The notes below the pieces were generated by a model that had not been told where the DNA came from, did no database searches, and saw only the letters and a program-made list of their open reading frames with translations. Source: Eledone cirrhosa (taxonomy: Eukaryota). Taken from it: a stretch of DNA of 64,000 nt. Each line of letters starts with the position of its first letter. Position 1 is the first letter of the stretch. Positions 26,001-39,908 of the stretch are shown piece after piece. The stretch is from assembly GCA_964016885.1 (NCBI GenBank), contig OZ024742.1, forward strand, positions 177,010,001 through 177,074,000, given 5' to 3'. The position numbers and the translations under genes were made by a program.

Positions 26001-27465
26001 TCATTCTTCTACACGTCTTATACACACCACGCATCTCAACGTACACCCACTTACATCTCTCTCTCCACCACCGGATCTTGTTACCCGGAGATTTACCCAT
26101 TTGCATTGTCAAGGCTTCCAAACGACTTAAATATATTTACTTATTATTCCACAATGCTTTCAAGCAAACTTCAATACTCTCATATATATATATATATATA
26201 TACATATATACATACATAAAGCGTGTTTGTTAGTGTGTACGTATATTTATATGCATCTATATGCATCGACGTAGACAAGCATTCTCATAACTACTTATCG
26301 CTTTCAGTAGATCGCTTGATTCATGAAAAAATATTCATTCATCATACGATGTCGCTTGATTCCAAAAGCTGTGTTGTCGTAATATAATTATATCAGGCAG
26401 CATATTTACTGAAGTTTTAAGTAACAAACCGTTTATTAAGAAAGTAAGGAAAAGATCTAAAGAACCAGTGGTTTTCTAATAATGATTGGGAAATAAATTA
26501 AAATGACATATATCTCTTAAATGTGTTTATAATTTTGCAAAATAATACATATTAGCCAGAGTTGACAAGTGCTTTTCATAGCTTCTATGATGACATTCAA
26601 TATAAACAAATAAATCTGTACAAACTAAAACAGCTTTAGAAGGAGTTATGTTTGCAAAGAATTAGAAAGATTTTGAAAGAAGTATAAGTATAATATAAAA
26701 ACGAAAGTTTTATTTTGTAAATGTAAAGAAGCCTCAAAGAATTAGGAATTTCTATCACTTGCGTCTTGTTTTATTCTGTCGATAACATTTCTGTGTACTT
26801 ACTACTATCAACATGGAGTTTATTGTATGAGAGTGTTAAAGTTGAAATGATGAAGATGTACTATAGTTCTGTAAAAGATAACGTTGAAAGTATGGGCGTA
26901 TGAGATAGTTATGAAAGTCATGTTTGTAGTGTCGTCTTCATATAATATTTTAAATAGAATTTCATTGGAAAAAAGTGTTTGTGTATATAACGCTTGTAGC
27001 CACCCGAGAAATTCGAGATCTATACGTGTTAAAACTGTAAGAAGGAAATGTCCAGGTATGGACTAATAACGGTTTCGTATGTGTGTGTTCCTGAAATATG
27101 TTAAAATGAAATTAACGTGTAAGTGGCTGTGCATACCACAGATATGTATTCCTAACAAATTTCTCAGGGTGATTCAGGGAAACACATTGTCTGACAATGC
27201 GGGACTTTTCATTTACAGATACAGATAACTCAACCTGTTTCCAAACAGTTTCAGTTTATCTAGTTTCACTCACACGGCATGGGTCGACTCAAGCTATGAT
27301 GAAGAAAACCCTGGAGGAAATAAACGCGAAGTTAAATTCTTCAAATTTTGGGTGATACTTCCACATATGGCTCTATATTTTCAACAGGAAAGACTAGATC
27401 GAGACACCGGGTCTTTTCTTTAACTATGTAGAATATGTTTGGAAGAACGACGACATGCCATAGCT

Positions 27466-27504
27466 GTTAAAATAGGGCTGAATATACACTGTACATATAT
27501 ATAC

Positions 27505-27551
<47 letters not shown>

Positions 27552-27750
27552 TGTGTATGTGGGGGGGTCTAAATATCTCTCTATCTGTCACTAACTCTTT
27601 CGATCTCGCTCTTAACGATTTTCAGTCCCGTTCGTTGAATGCCTTTCGCTACTGGGGTCATCGTTCTTGTTTGCGCATCTTTCTTTGAACCTTTCTTGCC
27701 ACTTGAAAATCTGTGAACGCACATCTTCTCATCTTACTGCAGTATACTTA
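27466..27750 (-). repeat. Left arm of an inverted duplication containing a mariner HTH fragment
   Basis: Reverse complement of 30074-30459, including the microsatellite and tattcagccctattttaac. Confidence 0.8.
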
Positions 27751-27765
27751 CTGCAGTATTCTGAG

Positions 27766-27896
27766 TACTTCTGGCGGAGTTGGCCCAAGCCGGACCAGAA
27801 ATGAAGGCTGATTCGTCGTTCTGTGCCCATCGCTCTACTCTACGGCTTAAAGTTGAGGATCTGTTAAGAAAAGCACATGAAAAAACAAAATTGTTG
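27766..27896 (+). CDS. Candidate host exon or pseudo-exon
   Basis: Open frame LLAELAQAGPEMKADSSFCAHRSTLRLKVEDLLRKAHEKTKLL ends at a canonical GTGAGT donor. The acceptor is weak. Confidence 0.25.
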
Positions 27897-28083
27897 GTGA
27901 GTGTTGAGATTGCAGTTATATACTCATCGGATATGACGTCACAATATGATGCAAACCTCTAATCTATACACCACTCTTAACCCACAGAGCAAACTAAATC
28001 CTATTTCTTTTTTGACAGACCTCGTATGTATGTATGTATGTATGTATGTATGTATGTATGTATGTATGTATGTATGTATGTAT

Positions 28084-28692
28084 GTCAGGTCACCAGTTGG
28101 TGCTACTGGTAACATGTATTCCAGTACAATCTGTCCCATTCACGGGTTTTTGGCGACTAAACTGGCAACCCCACCAAGGTTTCTTGGTGAGGAGGGTGAC
28201 TTTGGACATCCTGCAGGACTAAAAACAAAACCTGTCAATGGGCAAAGGAGCTCTTAAGGGTCAATGGCCATCCAAAATCACCGGGAGAGATGAACCCTTA
28301 GCCTTTGTCAAGGCAGAATTCTAGGAGAAGGAAAACTCTGATATAACACCTGCAACCCTGATGGTATCCAATGATGTTGACTTTTTCTTCTTTTTGGTAA
28401 ATATCATCTTGGTTAAGAGAATGGGACTGGCTTTGGGCAGTGCCTTTGCTCACTATAAAAGCTTCACGGCACAGGCATTGCTTTATATCTGGAGATCTCT
28501 CTGCACTTGTCGTCACATGGTACCATGGGCCCAGCACTATGTGTCAATAATTGTCACAAGTGTAGTGTTTGTACCAGATTTTTCAAGCCGCTGGCTGGAC
28601 TAAAAAGCCACACTCGTTCAGCGCATCGGTAGATGTTCTCCTACATGGATATAAAGTAGTGTCCGTACACGAAAACGAGTTGGCAGCCACCA
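28084..28692 (+). mobile_element. Second full copy of the ~610 bp RTE-like non-autonomous element
   Basis: Colinear with 11614-12222, preceded by (TATG)n and followed by tgtatgta. Confidence 0.85.
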
Positions 28693-28779
28693 TGTATGTA
28701 TATATGATTTCACAAATGTTTACCAATAGAGAGAGTCGGTTTCTAACATAGACACAAGTCTCTCTCATTGGAATTTACA

Positions 28780-29315
28780 CAACGTCAACTAGGTAGATTA
28801 TGTCTGCATGTCTGCGTGTGTAGATATGGATGTTATTGTATGCGTGGATGTGTATGTTTTGAGTTGTATGTGTGAATGTGTATATTCTTTGTATCTCTAC
28901 ATGGGTATATGCAGTTATTAGATGCAGGTGTGTATGTATATATTATGGATGTATGTTATCTCTTTCTCTTAATTTCGCGTATATTTTTGACCGGCCACCT
29001 TACTGGTGGCAAGGTTGTAAAAGAAAAGAAATTGTCATCCCTTGAATCACAAGAATGTTTTGCAAATTTTGAAGGTGGCATTTGTAGACTATGAATTAAA
29101 GAGCTGCGCTCTTTGTCCGCAAATCCAAGTTCAGTTATACATTGGTCCAAGCGGTTTGGTATATAACCCGTAGCGCCAATAATGATGGGTGTGAAGCTAA
29201 AGGTGTATCTTGGTTACTGTATTTGTAAACTCCTCATCAATGGTCCGTAGATGTCCTCTTTCTCCTGTATTTTTCTTACAACCTTTACATCAAGTTGGCA
29301 GCTGATCTCCACAAC
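28780..29315 (-). mobile_element. 3' fragment of an R4/Dong-type LINE (restriction-like endonuclease)
   Basis: VVEISCQLDVKVVRKIQEKEDIYGPL..FTPIIIGATGYIP parallels the C-terminus at 42190-42470. Confidence 0.75.
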
Positions 29316-29342
29316 ATGTATGTATGTATGTATTATGTATGT

Positions 29343-29692
29343 ATATAACACCTGCAACCCTGATGGTATCCAATGATGTTGACTTGTTCTTCTTTTTGGT
29401 AAATATCATCTTGGTTAAGAGAATGGGACTGGCTTTGAGCAGTGCCTTTGTTCACTATAAAAGCTTCACGGCACAGGCATTGCTTTATATCTGGAGATCT
29501 CTGCACTTACCATCACATGGTACCATGGGCCCAGCACTATGTGTCAATAATTGTCACAAGTGTAGTGTTTGTACCAGATTTTTCAAGTCGCTGGCTGGAC
29601 AGAAAAGTCACACTCGTTCAGCGCATCGGTAGGGGTTCTCCTATATGGATATAAAGTAGTGGCCGTACTCGAAAACGAGTTGGCAGCCACCA
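29343..29692 (+). mobile_element. 5'-truncated third copy of the RTE-like element
   Basis: Matches 28340-28692 and is flanked by TATG repeats. Confidence 0.85.
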
Positions 29693-30073
29693 GGTATGTA
29701 TGTATATATGTATGTATGAAGAACATTTTAGCATATTTTATCATTTTATCAGTATTGAAGACGATAATCTCGAAGGTGCATAGAATATAATTTGAAAGAA
29801 ATTCCATTGCATTCTAATTCATAAGCTTTAAAATCATTATACACTTATCTAATCTTGTTACGTTATCTCAAACGTAAACAGCTGCTACATAATAGAGGTT
29901 AGCCTTGATGAAATTTGCTATACTTATATTCATTAAATACTACTTTGATTCCTACCATAGGATATTTGAAATTGAATAAATAAAGAATATGTGTAGTGTA
30001 TTTGCTGAATACAGGGAATGAACTGCTAGATTATATGTGGTAAATCTGCAGATTAAACACAAAGAATTGTAAG

Positions 30074-30459
<386 letters not shown>

Positions 30460-31100
30460 TAGTATAGGAAAGTATGAACAGTATATTTGGAGTTTAAAGG
30501 CTGTGAATTCGTAGAAATTAGACGTGAAGTTTACAGACTGGGAATTGACAGTATGTAAGCGATAAATTGGCAGATAATAGGCAAACAATTAACATATTAT
30601 AGGCAGTGAATTAGCAAAGAGGAGGCAGTCTATTGGCAGGTTATAGGCTGTCACTTGGTAGACAAAACCTGGCTGATTGTTAGATTATAGGCTGTGGAAT
30701 GACAGTTAAGTGGTCAAATGGCTGAGTAAGAGCGCTGAATTGTTTGAATATTGGCCGCTAATTGACTGAGCATAAGGAAATTGGCAGAATATAGGCACTT
30801 CTTTGACAGAATATAGGCAAATAATTGGCTTAGTAGGTACTGGATTGGCAGAATATAGGCAGTTAATTTTCTGAGTATAGACCTGAGTATGCTCAGTGTA
30901 TTGCCTGATTAGGGGCAGTGAGTATGATGAATTTGACAAATATTAAGTGGTCTGTTGGCAGATTAAAAGAAGTTGTATATTGCAAGGAATAGGCAGTAAA
31001 TTGACTAAATATAGGCAGTAAATTGAATGAGTATAGGTAGTATATTGGCTAGGAATAAAACGTAAATTGGTAGTATATGTGGGGAATTTGCAAGTATAGT
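30460..31100 (+). repeat. Degenerate ~22 bp minisatellite (AATATAGGCAGTGAATTGGCAG)n
   Basis: Recurring taggcagt.aattg units; similar degenerate units at 29990-30075. Confidence 0.75.
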
Positions 31101-31690
31101 CTTAATCAGTCACCAGGTATAATACCACTCACTGATTCAAGCAATCTAACAGTGTCTCTCGTGTTAAGAGAACCATGTCCCAGAGGCCGCGGATGCCCTA
31201 AAATATATCAGGTCAAAGTTGCCCTTCTTGTTTGACAAACTGATAAAAAGGAAAAATGTAAGAGGAGTAACTCACATCCAAATAGGTTTAGGGATATATG
31301 ATATATAAGTGATACGATTTTGAAATGAAGACTAATATTGCCATTGTGTAACTATTACTATCTATTAATTTGGTGATAAATAACATCCTGCTAACTAAGT
31401 ATGCCAATAGAAAAATAAACTGAAAACTAAATTTACGGAACGTCTCTTGGTCTATTTGCAGGAGTATTAGTCCATTACTTGGCTACCTTTTATGTTTATT
31501 TAGTTTGACTTGTCCTGTCAGCATTAATTCTGTGTCCCTAGGTAATTTCCTGTGTTAAGTAAGTTCACACTATGTTATTAATTATATCAATTAAGAAAGA
31601 TCGGATATAATCAAAACGAAGAATCTAAAATGAATTTTTTTTTAATTTATTCCTTTATTTATTCCTTTATTTATTGTTTTTCAGTGTTTT

Positions 31691-31916
31691 CTAGATACAT
31701 TTATTTTTTAATATAAAGAGTGGTATACTCTTGCGCCGAGATGCTACAAGTAGCTTATAAATTAGGGTGAAGATCCTTAAAGATGAAAAGATTAGTTGCC
31801 ATTGACCGCTAGGAGGGATGACCGATACCAATTTCATTTTTCATCTTTAAGATTCCTTATGCAATTTTATGAGCTTTATATAGTATCTCCGCGTATGAGC
31901 GCACCGCTTTTTATAT
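31691..31916. repeat. Imperfect ~225 bp palindrome (MITE/fold-back-like)
   Basis: atataaagagtggtatactcttgcgc...cttaaagatgaaaa pairs with ttttcatctttaag...gcgtatgagcgcaccgctttttatat. Confidence 0.7.
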
Positions 31917-33321
31917 CAACTTTATTCCTCCAGCGCTATGCAAAAGACCGAGAGATGGGCTAAGAATATGCATTATTTTTATTTCAATTTTCCTCTTACT
32001 TAATTTTCAAAGGGATGCTTTTGGGTCTAGATTTTGAGTATTGTTTAAATCTTTGGTACGGATTCGCCGTGTAACGAATGGTTGCCTGGAACTAATTAGA
32101 TTCCTTAAAAAACAACCAACTGTTTCTTGGGGCATAATATGTAGCACCCTATTCGATGTTTTCTGACATAAGATCTTGGCCAATTTAGATGAGATATTTT
32201 AACCACTACAGACTTGTTATATAAAGAGAGAAAATATACAACAAAACATTTGTTTATAGGACAAAGTCTTCTGCACCATTAGGTTAGTAATATGATATCG
32301 TTTCACAGACAGAACTAAAATCTTGCATTCTTAACTTATTCAGCATCTTATCAATAATATAACATCTTGCTACAGACTTGATTTGATGACAATGCACCAG
32401 ACAATTTTATTAAAGTTAGGTAAATGAACACAATACTATGCTCGCTTTGGCGTTCTTCACACACAGAAATTACAACGATGTACTTCCAAACATTACACTG
32501 ATAATATTTCCCTACACAATCTTAAGTTTCTCTTTGTAAACATGATTTCTTTCTACTCGAATGTTATCGAAAATAATGTATATATTGTAAGACTTCAGTT
32601 GTATGAACAAGTATTGCTATGACGACAAATGTTGTTGCCAAAATCGTTTTAATGATGTCTCGGGTGGCAATCAACTAAACATCTCTGACAAGAAAAATAA
32701 AAATAAAATGTCAGAGTGGGTAATTGTTGCTCCAATTCTCCATTCATGCTTTTCAGGAGAGTTATTATTCAAGGAACGTTACTGATAATCAAAATAACAT
32801 CCACCATGATTGTTTGATTTATCATTTATATTCAGTTTCTTGAATTTATAAAATATAGATTAGGACAAATTATGAGAATTCTAAAACACAGAGCAGTTAT
32901 TAGATTTCGATAATGAAGTAAATTGCGTTAGCTTCTTAGTAGAAGAAAAAACACGAGTGAATTTAACAATTGTCTGTAGTAAAAATGTTGGCACCGAGTT
33001 AGCGATCTCTGGTGAATTGCGTTTCGCTACGAAGGATTTGATACATAATGTCATTGCAGCCGGAAATAAAATATAGTGCTCTCCCTTTGTTTCTATTAGT
33101 GCAAAAGTTTTACGTCGCAGAGGCATTGTTTTGGTTCTTATTTAAGGTTATCTTTGTATTTCTGCATACACTAAGCAATGATGTTTGAAGAAGTTACAAG
33201 AATGTACGTACTAAATATGACGTTCTTTAGAAATAAATTCTCTGAGATCGTATCTCAGAATTCCTACCTGAGATGCACCAGGTATTATTTCGTTAATAAA
33301 ATATATCATATATGAATCTTT

Positions 33322-33640
33322 GGACGCATTATGGCCGAATGGTTAAGATGTTGGATTAGCAATCATTACGGTTCAGGTTCGACCCTAATGCGTGACATCT
33401 TGCGCAATTTACCATAGCCTAAAACTGACCGAAGCCTTGTAGGCAGAAACTTTTTAGAATCTCCTCAGATGGACTGTAATGCATTTCAAAGGGCCGGCCT
33501 TGTTAGATAGAATGAAAAGTTGGATCTCCCTGTGAATTACGTTAAGAGATAAACGCATCTGTCTAATTCGCAGTCGCTTACAAACTGTGATATACATTGA
33601 ACAATGAAACATCCATGCTAACAACGGACGTTAGTAAATT
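33322..33640 (+). mobile_element. tRNA-type SINE, family B (related copies near 5140, 27065-27330, 47085, 53270, 60848 and 62590)
   Basis: A box tggccgaatggt and B box ggttcgaccc, with a tail similar to 60848-61165. Confidence 0.65.
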
Positions 33641-33774
33641 CTTCTATATGAATCAAAATATATTAGCAGGCAGGGTGACAGGAGATCTGTGTACATGTTT
33701 AGTACAATTGAATATATATATATATACACACACTCACAGAAGGATATATGCTTATATTTGAATCATTACATCTA

Positions 33775-34421
<647 letters not shown>

Positions 34422-34689
34422 ATAAACGGAAAAAACGAAACGAAATTCCCTTTCCCACTCTTAGTACGGCTGTTACTTAAATATAAGTATATACACGTAC
34501 ATACATATATGAATACAGAAGTACAGTAGTATGTATATATATATACATACATGCACACTTATGTATATGTACGTATGGATTCACCGAACATTTATTATAA
34601 TGCTCGATGTGTTTGTAAACAAACATCCCGTATTAAGCCGTAGTGTCTAACAACCATCGTTGCTCGTTTGCTCAACACTGACAAAGGAA

Positions 34690-34730
34690 CGCTGTACTAG
34701 TTTCAAGCTTATTAGCTATCGTCAGAAACG
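34690..34730 (-). ncRNA. Minimal type-I hammerhead ribozyme
   Basis: cgttt CTGACGA tagct-aata-agctt GAAA ctag TA cagcg. Confidence 0.8.
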
Positions 34731-35084
34731 TATACCTTCCTGCTAGACTGTTGAACATATATACTTACCGTATGCATATTAACGGCTGAGTAGCCCAATT
34801 TGCATATCGAGTGGGTTAATCGGCCGGGTGCACTGAAAACGATAAACGGAAAAAATGAAATGAAATTTCATTTCCCACTCTTAGTACGGCTTTTATATAA
34901 ATATACGTATGTACACGTACATACATATATGTATACAGGCGTACAGTAGCTTATTAGCTATCGTCAGTTTTCGGTGCACCCGGCCGAGTAACCCACTCGA
35001 TATGCAAATTGGGCTACTCAGCCGTTAATATGCATAAGGTAAGTATATACTTTCAGACGTTCAATCATCTGGCAGGAAGGTATA

Positions 35085-35125
35085 TGTTACTGACGATAGC
35101 TAATAAGCTTGAAACTAGTACAGCG
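35085..35125 (+). ncRNA. Minimal type-I hammerhead ribozyme (inverted copy)
   Basis: tgtta CTGACGA tagct-aata-agctt GAAA ctag TA cagcg. Confidence 0.8.
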
Positions 35126-35533
35126 TTCCTTTGTCAGTGTTGAGCAAACGAGCAATGATGGCTGCTAGACACTACGGCTTAATACGGGATGTTCGTTTAC
35201 AAACACATCGAACATTATAATAAATGTTCGGTGAATCCATACGTACATATATATGTGTGCATGTATGTATATATATATATATACATACTACTGTACACTG
35301 TATACATATATGTATGACGTGTACATACTTATATATATAAATATATATTATAAAGTACGTATGTGTATTTGTATATATGGGTGGACATGTGTGAGTATTC
35401 ACATATATATATATATGTGTCTGTATGTATGTATGTGTGTGTATATATATATACGTGTATACACATGTGTGCATGTATGTATGTATGTGTATGTATGTGT
35501 GTATGTATATAAGTGTGTGTATGAATGTGTATA

Positions 35534-35642
<109 letters not shown>

Positions 35643-36413
35643 GTATAGAAGGTTGGGCGTATGTATATGTGCGCGCGTAGCGTATGTATGTATATATGTA
35701 TATGTTTGAGTAGGATATACTTATCCTAACTGATACAGGGCGGGAAGTAAGCAGCCGTCAAAAGGCTTGTGGCGAGATTTATAAACAAGTGGGTGTGAAT
35801 GGATCCGTGGAAGCGAGGGAGAGAGGGTGAGTGTACATATATACTTCGAAGTATGTATGTGGGGGAATGGGGGGGGGGTCTGCGCATGTAGGCGTTCCTG
35901 TCTGTATCATAGATAGGCATGTGACTGCATGTGTGTGTGTTTATGTGTGTATTTTAGTATGTGTGGATACTTACTCTGAGGTGTGGGCAGACGTGTGAAG
36001 TACTGAACCCAGCTTGACTCCATTGAAATGTGTCGGACAGAAAATGGTTGATGAACCGTGTGGCAGCAGATACTGACCAGAACTAGTGATTACGTGGAGT
36101 AAAAACAGCCAATGGCATGACAAGAGTGGAATTAGAGTTTTTTGAGGGTGTGTTTTGATGATAAAATTTCCGCCAGACTAAACACCAGCGTCTGAAAGAA
36201 GCCGCACAAGTAGAATCAGCCAGATCCATACAGGGACCATGACCCGAGCTACATGCCGGCGAAACATTTGTAATACGAAATAAACTAAGTCCAGATGCAT
36301 CACTGATTTTTTGTTTTCTTTATAATATCTACACTCTACTCTGATGAATATCGAGTGCTAATTTTGGCATACCGCCTACGGAAGCACCATAGCTACCACT
36401 ATACACAACTATA

Positions 36414-36449
<36 letters not shown>

Positions 36450-36475
36450 GATATATATATATATATATATATATA

Positions 36476-36513
<38 letters not shown>

Positions 36514-36514
36514 G

Positions 36515-36549
<35 letters not shown>

Positions 36550-36720
36550 GTATATATATATATATATGTATGTTTGTATGCATATGCTTGTGTGCGTTAG
36601 TCTATCTATGTGTGTTCGTATGTATATGTAGATACTCCTGTCGTGTCGCGGGGTATCCACATTTAAAAAAGTACTCAATAAATTGGTAGAGCATTTGCAC
36701 TCTCTTTTTTTCATATATAT

Positions 36721-36808
36721 ATATAGAAATAACTTTTACAGGGCTAGAACTCTCGAATGATTTCATACGAATGAAATAGTTCTAGTCCTGTAGAAGTCAT
36801 TTCTATAT
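36721..36808. repeat. Short fold-back with a 5'-truncated HHR of the 46.4 kb family
   Basis: ATGA tttc-atac-gaat GAAA tag-ttctagtc-ctg TA gaag. Arms are 36721-51 and 36778-808. Confidence 0.75.
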
Positions 36809-38357
36809 AAAATAATTGTATATAAAAATATATATATACGCGTGTGTGTGTGCGCGCGTGCGCATGTGTGTCTGCGTGTGTTCATGCGTGTGTGTTTATG
36901 CGTGTGTGTGTACGTGTGTGTGTGTATGTGTGTATGCGTGTGTGTGCGTGTATGCGACTGCAGAGAATATGTAAGTTTTTGTGATAACAAATTAGACAGG
37001 AATTTACTCACCACAAAGTTTAGAGTTTATAGTATTTTATCCTCGAAACTTTACAAGTTACTGTTACTATTTGCTCGTTCACTATCCTAAGTCTGGTATG
37101 TGTAGGTATGAGTAGATATGCTGGTGTGCCTGTATTTATGTTTTTGAGAATGTGTACGTCTGTGTGTGCGTGATTTTATATGTGTTAATGCACGTGTATG
37201 AAGACTTGGGATATTAAAATTATCAATATTAGATTCCATATCTCAATTTATTTCAATTGAACGTAGAAACTGGAAAGTGATGAAAAGATTTGTTGAAATT
37301 AAAGAGATCATTTATTTTCGGGGATAACTACATTCTTTACCTTTCTTCCTTGCATAATAACGCCCAGTTTAATCATCTGTATTGCATAATTCACTTTGAT
37401 ATCTTATGTTGTAAGCCAAACTCTATTCAGCACTTCAATTTCTGGCTGATAGGCTCAAATAGACTTTGAAATGTTACATAATACATCGACATACTTTTTC
37501 TTATTCTTTAATCACATATTTCGCTGTCAGACTGTTTGTTAAGTTTCTAGAAAGTTATACAATAATCAGGAATGCTAACCACCATAGTAAATATGAGACG
37601 ATTAACTACACCGCAAAAAGGAGGCAGAAATTCATTAGAATATGAATAGCGCTCATTTAAAGATTTCGTCAACTTAATTCAAACATTTGATAAGAGACTA
37701 CCGTGATTGTTGTATATATATTATTCAGCAGAAGTCCGCACGACTTTCATTCAATTTATTGTTTCAATTCCATGTGACTCTGACAATCAAGCCGTACGTT
37801 CATAGAGAAAATAGATGCCATTTCCTAATTTCAAGCTCTACCATTTTAAATCATCGTTGAAATGATGGCATCTGGATGACTAGTGCTAGTCAAAGATACT
37901 TTGATTACCATTCTGTACGGTTTTATGTTTATCTCCTCGATGGAAATATCTCGAGCAGTGACTGAATGTTTCTAATTAGAGGGGATTTCAAACTTTATTT
38001 CGCTTGCATTGATTTCGTTTCAAAGAAAACAACTAACTAATACATGTGTTAGCTTTCAATTCTAAGATATGACTATGATGAAAAATTCTCTTCGTCTCGT
38101 TATTTCTCTAAATGTTCGCCCGACACTTTGGCGAACATCAGATGAAGTTAGCTTCATTATCAGCAATAGATAACATCGGTGTAGTAAAATCGCCCCAATG
38201 AGTAGGCAGATATGTATATGCATGAGTGTATTTATTCATGTGTGTTTGTGAGTTAAAGTATATACATACACATATACATACATAGAAATACACACCCGCA
38301 CACACACACATATATATATATAATAATAATATATATGCATAAACGCAAACACACATA

Positions 38358-38463
<106 letters not shown>

Positions 38464-38556
38464 GTAATAATAATAAATTTGAAGAATAAAATCCAAAGAG
38501 GGCTCGATAACGACAAATATATATCAGATATATAAGAACCGTAGACAAACATTTAA

Positions 38557-38705
38557 TAAAATAACTGATTAAAGTTTAAACAAAGAATCGATGCTTTAAC
38601 CCTTAACGGATTCTTCAGAAACAATCCTCAGAAATAATGAGATTGTTTCTCAAGTTCCCGTTAAGGGTGAAAGCAGCGGTTCTTTGCTTAAACTTTAATC
38701 TGTTA

Positions 38706-38710
<5 letters not shown>
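38557..38710. repeat. Fold-back with two degenerate HHRs on opposite strands
   Basis: Consensus is gttt CTGAAGA a.cc-gttaa-gggt GAAA gca..tgc TT aaac. The plus copy has CTCAAGT and the minus copy has TAAA. Confidence 0.7.
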
Positions 38711-38742
<32 letters not shown>

Positions 38743-38918
38743 CGTAAGATGAGAAAATTATAAAATTATAAAAAAATTTATAAAATTGACTTACTTACTA
38801 AAATATCACTTCCAACTAATTAGTTTCTGGAATGGAGTAAATATATTTTCCGAAGAACATATAGAAAAGCATTCCGTCGTCAGGTCCTCGCTATGCCTAG
38901 AAACTTACATGAAAATAG

Positions 38919-39000
38919 ACTTTCCTGAAGACGGAATGCTTTTCCATATGTTCTTCGGAAAATATATTTACTCCATTCCAGAAACTAATTAGTTGGAAGT
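38919..39000 (+). ncRNA. Type-I hammerhead ribozyme with branched stem II
   Basis: actttc CTGAAGA cggaatg-[ttttcc..ggaaaa]-cattcca GAAA ctaattag TT ggaagt. Confidence 0.8.
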
Positions 39001-39460
39001 GATATTTTAGTAAGTAAGTCAATTTTATAAATTTTTTCATAATTTTATAATTTTCTTATCTTACGTCTCTCATATTATTGTTCTGCAACCCCATGCATTG
39101 AACTACAATGTTACTAAGACAAAACCTATATATTTGCTAGCATTGATATGCATCTGTATGTATATAAATGTTACTAGATATAAATTCTTTATAATTATCT
39201 CCAATTCATTTGTCGAGCAATATTGGCCATGACTGCTGCTATAGTAGTAGGCAGGCCGCTGTCTTATTAACAACTCGCTTTTCACTGATTGACCTCGATG
39301 TCACATGATTGATTCTTTTTGAATTTGCCACAGACGTAGAGGCAGTGATTTTCTCAATGGCTAGGATTTCAGTCCACGCTTCGCTATTTCCTTTCCACTG
39401 AATTATTTTTTAATAAGTTTCCAGAGTCCTCGCTATGCCTAGAAACTTACATGAAAATAG

Positions 39461-39542
39461 ACTTTCCTGACGACGGAATGCTTTTCAATATGTTCTTCGG
39501 AAAATATATTTACTCCATTCCAGAAACTAATTAGTTGGAAGT
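39461..39542 (+). ncRNA. Second tandem copy of the same hammerhead
   Basis: actttc CTGACGA cggaatg...cattcca GAAA ctaattag TT ggaagt. Confidence 0.8.
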
Positions 39543-39720
39543 GATATTTTAGTAAGTAAGTCAATTTTATAAATTTTTTTATAATTTTCTTATCTTACGT
39601 CTCTCATATTATTGTTCTGCAACCCCATGCATTGAACCACAATGTTACTAAGACAAAACCTATATATTTGCTAGCATTGATATGCATCTGTATGTATATA
39701 AATGTTACTAGATATAAATT

Positions 39721-39777
<57 letters not shown>

Positions 39778-39908
39778 GATAAATCTACCAAAAGTTTACG
39801 GTAGTGTCCAATCCGTATGAAGAACTCAATGTAATCCGGATATCATGGAAAGAAGAGATGCATTCAAAAATCACTTTCGGTGAAAGATAAACGGAATACA
39901 GAGTCAAG

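Larger units (their letters stand above)
34422..35330. repeat. Tandem plus inverted array of the 665-1430 HHR family
   Basis: Monomer starts at 34422 and 34842 (420 bp period), followed by an inverted copy at ~34966-35330. Confidence 0.85.
38737..39727 (+). mobile_element. Inverted plus tandem HHR element with a 542 bp period (retrozyme/pLTR-like)
   Basis: 38884-39193 is repeated at 39426-39727. 38737-38884 is an inverted copy of the HHR and tail. Flanked by (TA)n. Confidence 0.9.

Noticed and set aside
26300-26360. Minus-strand ATGATGA-atgaa..ttcat-GAAT motif
   Set aside because: Both core strands are mutated and stem III is absent; too degenerate to call.
28095-28170. HDV-like ribozyme (ccagt...ctaa-actgg)
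   Set aside because: The 11.6 kb copy supports a simple nested hairpin (acaacg/cgttgt) rather than the double pseudoknot.
32180-33130. Decayed hAT-like transposase on the minus strand (IVWC..HQI)
   Set aside because: Only one frame-broken motif; cannot be supported without a profile search.
33322-33400. tRNA genes at A/B-box sequences (also 45088, 55940, 60850)
   Set aside because: No full cloverleaf, and each continues into a SINE body.
36340-36400. CTGATGA followed by a hairpin
   Set aside because: No GAAA, stem III or stem I partner found.
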